DNA of 64,000 nt from Geosiphon pyriformis uo1 (Eukaryota; Fungi; Glomeromycota). Below the pieces are notes generated by a model that saw only the letters and a program-made list of their open reading frames with translations, was not told the DNA's origin and made no database searches. The translations under genes were made by a program, and so were the position numbers. The stretch lies in contig JAAOMT010000599.1 of assembly GCA_016748015.1 (NCBI GenBank), forward strand, positions 458,589 to 522,588. Reading direction: 5' to 3'. Shown in pieces: positions 1 through 9,330 of this stretch. The number at the start of each line of letters is the position of its first letter. Positions within the stretch are counted from its first letter, which is position 1.

Positions 1-212
1 CTGGGAAAAAGTTGATGTTTACTACAACATAACTATAAAGTAACTGGCACGGAATTGGCCATTCCACTTATAAGCCCAGCGGTTCAAATTATAGGAGATA
101 ATTTGAAGATAAATTCAGTTACTGGAGGTTCAACCACATCCAGAAAACGTGAATTCACAGCAAACAAGCATCAACAACATTTAAGAAAAGAGACCAAAAA
201 CCTCCGGTAACA
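1..212 (+). repeat. 3' end of an LTR (H/F family) of an element inserted into the gag region of element A
   Basis: Near-identical to ~57275-57489 and ~36473-36688. It ends ...CCGGTAACA at 212 and is followed directly by gag-type sequence homologous to element B (~12480-12740, reverse strand), with no PBS. Confidence 0.9.
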
Positions 213-658
213 ACGGCAAATATTTTGAGGGATTTAAATTGTGATTACCAACACCATCAGGAATTTGATCACTGCCATCTTTATCAGACTTTGGAATCTC
301 TGATCTGTGGGAGGTAATGAAATCAGAAGAAGAGGAAGAAGAAGAAACTGAGGATCAAGAATTCACTTACCAGAACCCGATCACTGAAAACCCAGAATTT
401 GAAACCCCAAATCTTTAAAACCAGCAAAATTTAAATTCAGTAAATTCAGAAGTTAAAACTTTGAATATTCAGACACCACCAACTCAGGATAATCAAAACC
501 CTGATCCAATTAATCAACCAAACTTACCTCTGGTAATTGTTATTGATCAATCTCCAATTGATCTAGTAGCTGAACCCATACAGCAGCTACTTTAACTACC
601 ACCTCAAAAAAATTAACAACTGCTTCAACAGCCACCACAACCGCCCAATTTAGATTCA

Positions 659-2460
659 ATGGCCTACACACCAATTGCAAAACTGGATAATTTCACTGGC
701 AAAGAGGACGATGCTCAAGTATGGCTGAACAATATAGAAAAAACCATCACAGCCAATGGATGGAATGACACTCAAGCAATGCAAGCCATTCCCTATTTTC
801 TTAAAGATACCACCAATTCATGGTATCAGAGCTTGATCAATAAACCACAAAACTTCAATGCCTTCAAAGTAGAATTTTTAAGATACTTCAGCAACAATAA
901 CAGTATCAACCACCTAGTCAATACATTCACCATCATGAAGCAAAAAGAAACTGAAGCAGTTATTACTTACCTGGGATGCTTCTATAAAAATCTGTGCCAG
1001 ATCCAGGCAATTGATGCCAACTATTTCACAGCACCACAAATTCTCAACCAGTTTATCCATGGTCTGCGCAGCAGCATCTTACAACATATATGCCCATTGC
1101 ATCTAGACAACCTTCAAGATGCAGTCACACACGCCAGAGATTTTGAATCAGCTGAGTCTGAAGCCAACCACACCCAAGCCATTAATCTAGTAATGAATGA
1201 ATCATCTGAATTGGACTCCAAATTGAAACAATTTAGTGATTCAATTAATCAGAAATTAGAGAAATACTTAGCTGACAATCACACCATTTATCAACCACCA
1301 CAATGATATAATAATCCAGGAAATGCGAATTGTTTCCAAAATCAGTCGTGTCTATCATCATTATCAACAACACCTAATCAGTCGTGACAGCCAGAAATGC
1401 ATGTTTACCACAACTGTGGTAAACAAGGACACATAAGAGCAGACTGCAGATTTTATAGCAACAATACACGATTGGAAAATCAATATTGAAACTCCGATTG
1501 CAGATTTCAGACTCAGAATCACTACCCAAATCAAGACCAATATTAAAACACTTACCTGCCAATGACACAGCAACCAATTTATCAAGTACCAATATATCAA
1601 ACTCCAGTTTATCAACTGCAGCCACCAGCAATATATCAACCACAGCCACCCATAATATATTAACTGCAGCCACAAGTAATCTATCAACCCCAATCAATTC
1701 AGACACCATCTCAGAATTCAGTTAATATGACATCAGGCCACTCCAGACCTAGAATTACACAAAACTGGAGATCAGTAATAGTTGTCTACCAACTGATCCC
1801 CAGTTCTTCTAACTTACCATCAGGATCGTATTCTCGGAATTCAGGTACTAGTGCCACCCAAAACCCGAATTTCCAGAACTATTTAAGTCTCCTGGTTATC
1901 CCAAAAAATGCCACTTTCAACAATTCAGAGACCAACCAACAAGCAACACTTACCAGCAACATACCTCCAGCCACTGTTACCAATGATGAATCATTAGCAG
2001 CCATCTTTCCTTTTGAACTTGAGGAACCATCCCAATTACCCTTATTTAGTGGAACCACCCTTGAAGAGAAACCCATCATAGCAATGTACACTAATACAAA
2101 AGTAGATGGACACTCTATCAAACTTATCCTTGATAGCAGTTTAGCAGGCAGCATTATCATCAAGCAACTCATGGATCAATTAGATCACCAAGTTGATCAA
2201 GCTGCCAGTGCTAGAATCATTACTGCAGATGGCGCCACAAAAACACCTATTGGCAAAATTGACAACTTTCCAATTAAAGTGAATGGCATTGTTACCCCAT
2301 TAAGGTCTTGGTAATGGAAGCAACGCAGTACCAAGCACTAGTTGGTAATAATTGGCTAGTCAAAACCAACACCATGCTCGACTGGACCATACAAGAACTC
2401 CAGTTCAGTCAGAATGGATGACACACACAGGTATCAGCCACATGTGGCCACTTTAAGACT
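659..2460 (+). pseudogene. gag-pro: Element A gag (capsid, CCHC knuckle, Gln/Pro-rich tail) in frame with aspartic protease
   Basis: The retrotransposon capsid-like ORF 659-1306 continues in the same frame through (Y)HNCGKQGHIRADC (~1405-1447) into ORF 1727-2314, which contains the protease motif LILDSS. Confidence 0.85.
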
Positions 2461-2799
2461 ACCAACTCGTCAGCACCACTAATCGATTTCGAAGAAGAGG
2501 AGACAAAACCTACCTGGGAAGCCTACCAAGTCTCATGGGCCGACCCAGACCACAATGAACTGCTGCCAATACTCTCATAGAACGACAACTCCAAGAAAAA
2601 GCAAAAAAAAGAACTAATCTAGAAGACAAATGATTTGACCTGGACTGACAATGAACAGGAAGAACCATCGAGTTGGGAATGAAAAGAAGAAAAAGGAAAA
2701 AGGAAAAAGGAAAAAAAAAGAGGAAGAAAACACTCAAGCCAACAATACTTATATCCCATACACATATGGTCAACCACAATCATTGGCCTATCACCGACC

Positions 2800-3430
2800 C
2801 AAATTAATATGCATTGATTGTGGCAAGAAATTGTCATCAATGGGCGCATGCTGTGGTGACAATGAGGAGTATTCAATAGCAACTAAATTTTATTGCTGCC
2901 CATGCATCCTAGAACGTTTTGGGAGACCAACACGAGTAAAAAAAATAGAATAATACATCATGTCTAGCTTGTGGAAAGACTCTCTTGGATGAGGAAATGT
3001 GGAACAACATTCCTGAACATGGAGGAACGTGTAACAAAACCTGCCAGTATATCATTTTAATAAACAATTGAGTACATAAAAAAACTTCCATTGATGACGC
3101 TTGGAAAAGAGCATTGCGACATTTGGAGGAGTACCCACACAATGAACACAAAATTTGGAGAATAGCCAGCACCATGGCAGAAGGCACAACAACCAGCAAA
3201 TTACTGGAAATCAAAAACAACCCACTTACTCTTCCTGAACCTGAGTACATTGTAACTTTTGATGTTTTCGATAACATTAAAGATGATCCTAAGCAATTCC
3301 ACAAGCACTACCAGAACCTGGCACCCACTAGAGAGGAGCAAGAACAACGGCTAGCACAGTTGAATACAAGACTGTGTTGCTATTGTTTAATTCCCAGTGA
3401 CTTTGAATATTGTGACGATTGTGACCTCAT
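2800..3430 (+). pseudogene. Element A Cys-rich putative zinc-binding domain of unknown function
   Basis: CIDCGKKLSSMGAC...YCCPC...CLACG...TCNKTCQY...YPH...CCYCLIPSDFEYCDDC; homologues occur in B, G, H and K1. Confidence 0.7.
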
Positions 3431-3689
3431 TTACAATCCACCACCATGCATGATTTACACAATTCCCGAAAAGAAAGAACCAATCAGCAGCTGCACATCA
3501 GAATCAGAATCAATTTTCAATCCCAATTCAAACTCCAACAAGGACGATGATGAAAACACTGGTTTCAGCTCCATTCAAAATTGCATTAACAATGACAATG
3601 ATTTCAACTCAGATTTAAACTCCAATTTAAACTAAAAACAATATATCACACTCCTTGATCTCACCAAAGAACAAGAACTGAAATGGTTC

Positions 3690-4420
3690 AGCAATAATAA
3701 TGAAGGTATTATGCCAGAATGCACACATGATACAGATGTCAGATTTGACTTAAGGTATCCAGGAAAAGATGCTATCAAATTGGAACCACATTTGTGCACC
3801 TGCATTGATTTAAAAATAGTACTGGAAATTCCAGCAACAACAATAGTTCAACTAGCATTCCAGAGTAGTTTAGCAAAAAGAGAGATTAATATAAGAGGAG
3901 AAATAATTGACATGGAATATGTAGGAAATATTATCACCATGCTACAAAATGACTCAGAAAAGACTTATATAATAAAGCCAAACAAAAAGATAGCACAGGC
4001 AATATTTTTACCTTTGGTTAAGATAGCTCAGTTAGTACCAGTGGAAAATAGGGAGGAGTTAAGAATAACAGCAAGAGAGATACAAGGATTTAGGTCAACA
4101 GATAGAATAGATGTACCAGTTAATATGGCAGAGGAAGAAATTGTTGGCCAAGAAGAAATTATCTTAACCAGTCAAACTATTTCCATTCCACCATATAGCC
4201 AGTACATGCTAGCAATAGAAAGGAAAAAAAAAGAACAGAATCAGATTTTTGAAGCAGAACCAACCCTTTGTAAATCAAGAGAGATTGGACTCATCAATCT
4301 CCACATACCAGCCAAAAATTACAGCCACATCAAAATTCCCATCTACAACAACACAGAGAATGTTATAGTAATACCAGCCAGAACTATTATTAGATACTTA
4401 AGCACTGAAATAGAGGATTA
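3690..4420 (+). pseudogene. dut: Element A dUTPase followed by a degenerate dUTPase-like segment
   Basis: Decayed motifs D(V)RFDL, QSSLAK, GEIIDMEYVG, KIAQAIF and REIQGFRST in ORF 3711-4421. Confidence 0.88.
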
Positions 4421-4619
4421 ATCACCAAGCACCATTCCAGACTTTCTACAGCTTTGTGGATATGTTGATATCACATTACAAACAATATATGGACAAAGCA
4501 AATGTTATTTGCTCCAACCAAAACAATTGGAACAAATGAACATGAGAAACTTAGATCCATTACAACGTATGCAACTTAAGATGTTGCTCAACAATTTTAA
4601 TGACATCTTTGCCAGTGAA

Positions 4620-5847
4620 AATGAATTTGGCAGAACTGACATCATCCAACATCAAATCAAGACTGGAGATGCAATGCCAATCAAACAGTGAGCATACAAA
4701 GTACCACCAGCCAACCATGAAATCATCCGTCAAGAAATCAATCGAATGCTTAACAATAGGTTAATTCAGTCATCAATAAGCCCATAGTTGTCACCAGTAG
4801 TACTCATCTATAAGAAGAATAGAAAGATCCAATTTTGTGTAAACTACAGGAAACTAAATAGTATAACTCGTGGAGACAGCTATCCAACTCTACAGATACA
4901 AGAACAAAGAAAAAACGGCATTCACCACAAGAGAGGAAAACTTTGAGTTTGAAGTTATGCCATTTGGCTTAACCAATACACCAGCCACTTTCCAATGGCT
5001 AATGGAAATTGTTTATACTGGCTTATTGTGAAAATCAGTAGTTGTATACTTGGATAACACCAATGTATTCTCAAAAACATTTGATGATCATCTTCATCTT
5101 CAACAAGTGTTTAAAAGACTAAGAAGAACAGAACTAAAGTTAAATGCAACAAAGTGCTTCTTTGGCAAGACAGAACTAAAATTCTTGGGACACATAGTCA
5201 GCAAAGACAGCATTAAAATAGATCCAGAGAAAATAGAGATAGTAAAGAACTTTTTAGTGCTGACCAATATGACAGAATTAAAATCATTCTTGGGATTTGC
5301 CAGCTACTATCAATGTTTTATCAAGAACTTTTCCAAGATAGCACAGCCACTCAACCAACTGCAAACCAAGAATACAAAATATGAATAAACGGAAAGTCAA
5401 CAAAAAGCTTTTGATATTCTGAAAAGAAAGCTCATTTAAGCCCCAGTACTGATCTATTCAGATCACAGCAAACCATTCATCATCACTACTGATGTATTCG
5501 GTCAAGCATTAGGAGCAGTACTATTTTAGAGAAGACCAAATGGCAGAGAACATTCAGTAGCATATGCCAGCAGAGGTTTAGCACCAGCCAAAAAGAACTA
5601 TGGAACACTGGAACAAGAACACTTAGTGATATACTGGGCAGTCATGAAATGGAAAGAATACTTGAGCCAAAAGTTTAAAGTGTACACAGATCACAAAGAA
5701 TTAACATCACTCCAAAAACAAGAATTTGGAGATGGAAGACAGTTAAGATGGAAAATAACACTCATACCATATAATTATACTATACATTATAAAAAGAGAA
5801 AAGACAATAGAAATGCTGACAGTTTGTTGTGAATGAGACAAATCTAA
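4620..5847 (+). pseudogene. pol: Element A reverse transcriptase and RNase H (internal deletion near 4895)
   Basis: FTT...[36 protein letters not shown] and NADSL motifs. The ORF ends MRQI* at 5845-5847. Confidence 0.92.
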
Positions 5848-5908
5848 GAACATTTCAACCCAAAAATATAACAAAACCAAAACAAAACCCACGAAAATAT
5901 AACAAAAG

Positions 5909-7285
5909 ATGAACACACAAAAATATTAACAACTTCAATATTATATAGATACTCAACAATTCAAGAAGAAATTATCTCAACCAGAACAAAAGAGGATCAA
6001 ACAACAATCCAAATATTTTATCACTTACTAAAATATACTTTATCAGAAAAATAGAAAAGATTCAGATCAGCCAACCAGAGTAATTACAGAACCAGAAAAA
6101 GAAACAATACTGTTCAATATGCACTCAGATCCAACTGCAGGACATTTTTATAAAGAAGCAACCATAGAAAGAACCAGAAAGAGATACTATTAGCCATCAA
6201 TGTATCCAGACATCATACAATATGTACAAAATTGTGATGCTTGTCAAAGAAGAGGAGGAACAAGACCCAGTGAACTATTAAGACCAATCAAAGTGGGACA
6301 ACCATTTGACCACATTGGAATCAATTTAGTTGGACCATTGACAATTACCAGCAGAGGCAACAGATATATTGCAGTAGCCATGGACTACCTTACAAAATGG
6401 CCAGAAGCAAAAGCAATTCAAAGAGCAGATGCAGAATCCGTTGCCGAATTTGTCCATTAAGATTTGATTTGTCGACATGAATGTCCAAAAGAACTATTAT
6501 CAGACTAAGGAACCCATTTTGTAAATAGAACATTAGCAGAACTAAGCCAAAGATTCGGAATTAAGAGACTACTATCATTACCGTACCATTCACAAACCAA
6601 TGGATTAGTTAAAAGATTTAATAGGACATTGTATAAAACAATAGCAAAACTCAGCCAAGAAAACCAAGACGAATGGAATTTGTTTATACCATCCATACTA
6701 TTTGCTTATCAGACAATGAAACAAGACACTACACAAGCAACACTATTTGAATTAATATACAGTAGAACAGCAACACTACCAGTCGAGATAGAAGTTAACA
6801 CTTATCCAACAGAACCAATAACTGTAGACAATTTTCAGGAAATGTTACTAAGAAGAACATATGATTTGATGGAAGTTTTAGAAAACAAGCAATAAAGAGC
6901 AGCTGATAACATTAAAAAAGCACAAGAGAAACAAAAAGAGAGGCATGATAACCAACTACCAAACAAACCAGTTGAATTCAAGATTGGAGACAAAGTACTT
7001 TTATATCGTACTAAAGCAGAAAAACAATGGAGTGAGAAATTTGACCCCAAATGAGACAGACCATTTCACATAGAAAAAATTCTAGGAAATGGAGCTTACA
7101 AATTAAGACTGGACAACAGAATCTTAGCCAAAGCAGCACATGGTAATCAACTAAAACCATATCACCAGATAGCATCAGCATCTATCAATAACATTCCACA
7201 ACTGGGAGTACAAAGAATACTAGTCCAATCAGATAAGATTCCACAAGACCTGGAACCAATCATAATTATTAGACCAAACATGTAA
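5909..7285 (+). pseudogene. int: Element A integrase encoded as a separate ORF
   Basis: ATG at 5909. HSDPTAGH...CDAC zinc motif, LVGP...DYLTKWPEA, SD*GTHF, QTNGLVKRFN and GPF-type C-terminus all lie in one frame to TAA 7283-7285. Confidence 0.9.
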
Positions 7286-7344
7286 AATTGAACAACAAAA
7301 GAGTATATAAAGACATGGTCGACATGACAAAAGATACCAGAAAA

Positions 7345-7968
7345 ATGGAAATAACCGACAACATCCACTCACTAGCACAACAACTCTTTCAATTGATCCA
7401 ACACCAAGAAATAGAAATTACAATCAATCAACAAACCATTTGTTACAAAAATAGGACAAAGATACCACAACACAAAGCACAGAAAAGACTTGAAAATATT
7501 GTTGACAAGATCATAACCAAGATAAAATTGGCCATAAACGAATAACAAATAGTCAGATTATACCAAAAACTTATCAGAGAAACTTGGACTTGGTAGACAC
7601 AACAATTTCTGAAAAACTATTGTCATTTTTACTTGGGACAACACGTAAATATTTGGAATTTGTACACTGACAAAACAAAACGGTTATTCAACACAACAAT
7701 ACTAAGACAACTGGAACAATTTATGGGAAAGAACAATCTAATCACACAAGCTTGAGCCATTTACCGACTATATATGGGATTTCAAGACCGACCAGAAATT
7801 TTACTTAACACAGCAATGGATACAGTTACAAGTAATCAATTGGGAAAAATGACCAATGCCCAATTTAAAGAACTACAAACTAAAATAACACAAGTAATAC
7901 TCAAAAAAAAAGTTCAAGAAATAATTTAAGAAGGGAAATTAAAGAAATTAGATTTTGACAGAGCTTAA
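7345..7968 (+). pseudogene. Element A 3' accessory ORF (ORF3), unknown function
   Basis: About 200 codons in one frame with mutational stops (MEITDNIH...AIYRLY...LDFDRA*). It is homologous to the 3' ORFs of D, F, K1, K2 and the remnant in G. Confidence 0.75.
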
Positions 7969-7972
7969 TATT

Positions 7973-7987
7973 AAAAGAAAGGAATAA
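7973..7987 (+). promoter_or_regulatory. Polypurine tract of element A
   Basis: AAAAGAAAGGAATAA immediately precedes the LTR start TGTTAC at 7988. Confidence 0.75.
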
Positions 7988-8831
7988 TGTTACTTATAGA
8001 ATATAGAAAATATAGTACTATTAGTCAGTAGATATTAGCCAATCAGATGTAGATGTAGTAAATATGGAATTCCAGAATTCCTCTCAGAGGAATTACAGAA
8101 TTCCAGAAATTTCAGGATTTCCCGATGAGGAAATGCAGGGTTCCAGAATTCCAGGATTCCTCTCATCAAGAATCTCAGGATTTCTGTCACAATTGAGGAA
8201 TCTCAATTATGTATATATAGTAGTAGAATTAGAAGCTAAAAAGACAGACCTTTCAAGTTTAGATTTAATCTAAGCAACTCTCCAAATTACAACCATCTAA
8301 TAAATAACTATTTGTTATCTTAAATCCATTTCCACTATCAACACTTCATGTTGATAGTAATCAACACTTAACTATACTGGAACAATAATTTTTGATCATG
8401 GCTATTGACAGAATACTAACTTGCAAATTATCTTGGCTTATTTCTTTTTTTTTTTTATTTTCTTTTCTTTTCTTTATTTTCTTGCTTTGATTTTATTGTT
8501 GTTTACTAATTCTATTGAAGATTAATGCATGTAGCACTGACATTAGGATAAATGTGACTGGTAAAAGACCCAGGAATAAGGGTAAAACACTTGATTGAGG
8601 ATAGCTTACCAAGAGGAATACCAGCCATCAAGCTAAGAAAGAAATTGACAAAACTGCAGTTTCGGAAAGCTATGGATAAAACTATCACCATTGAATCTCT
8701 GTTCATTATACAAAGAACTCAACCAAAACTTTCAGATAAAATACCTTCAGATTATCATCGTCACCAATAGCTTTGAGCACCAAGTTACAGGTTTGTTATT
8801 TAATCCAACAACCAAATAGCCACCTGTAACA
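7988..8831 (+). repeat. 3' LTR of element A
   Basis: TGTTAC...GTAACA termini, GGAATTCC-rich repeats at ~8065-8205, and a downstream half homologous to the LTR of B (13346-~13900, reverse strand). Confidence 0.9.
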
Positions 8832-8889
8832 ACAGGTTGAAATAATTTCTCCTTTGTCAACAATTTTTTTCTCCACCATATTAACTGGT

Positions 8890-9330
8890 ATATCTATTCT
8901 ATCTGTTGATCTGAATCCCTGTATCCCTTTAGCTGTAATCCCTAATTCTTCCTTGTTTCCCACTGACACTAATTGCACTATTTTCACCAGAGGTAGGAAT
9001 ATTGCCTGTGCTATCTTTTCATTTGGATCTATGATATATGCTTTTTCTAAGTCATTTTGTAGCATAGCAATGATATTTCTTACATATTCTGTATCAATTA
9101 TTCCTTCTCTGATGTTGATTCTCTTTTTTGCTAGGCTACTCCTAAATGCTAACTGGACTATTATTGTTGCTGAAATTTCCAGTGCTATTTTCAGATCAAT
9201 GCAAATGTGCGAATGTGCTTCCAATTTGAGAGGATCTTTTCCTGAATATTTCAAATCAAACTCTGTATCAGTATCATGTATGCATTCAGGCATGATACCT
9301 TTATTATTGTTGCTGAACCACTTCAGTTTC
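8890..9330 (-). pseudogene. dut: Element B dUTPase
   Basis: DTEFDL, FRSSLAKK, GIIDTEY, EKIAQAIF and KGIQGFRST. Confidence 0.88.

Larger units (their letters stand above)
213..8831 (+). mobile_element. Ty3/Gypsy-type LTR retrotransposon A (5' part cut off by the insertion ending at 212), degenerate
   Basis: Order is gag, CCHC knuckle, protease, Cys-rich region, dUTPase, RT, RNase H, integrase, 3' ORF, PPT, then LTR TGTTAC...GTAACA. Many in-frame stops arise from CGA/CAA/TGG codons. Confidence 0.93.

Noticed and set aside
1364-1725. Overlapping or antisense ORFs (1364-1693, 1374-1709, 1486-1725; likewise 11236-11475 and 51483-51824)
   Set aside because: These are shadow frames of the low-complexity Gln/Pro/Tyr gag tail, with no independent motifs.
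1300-1730. Programmed frameshift or readthrough between gag and pol
   Set aside because: Gag (659) and protease (1727) are in the same frame, and the intervening stops are CGA/CAA/TGG-derived mutations at different positions in each copy.
3690-4110. dUTPase as protection against the observed C>T hypermutation
   Set aside because: dUTPase sanitises the nucleotide pool and does not prevent deamination of genomic cytosine. dUTPase-bearing (A, K1) and dUTPase-less (D, E) copies are all heavily mutated.
7000-7285. Chromodomain at the integrase C-terminus
   Set aside because: It shows a GPF/Y-type module and LEPI tail but no aromatic-cage chromodomain pattern (Y.VKW.GY...TWE).
8064-8273. 69-aa ORF in the A LTR
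   Set aside because: It is a translation of the GGAATTCC repeat array and is not conserved in the related B LTR.
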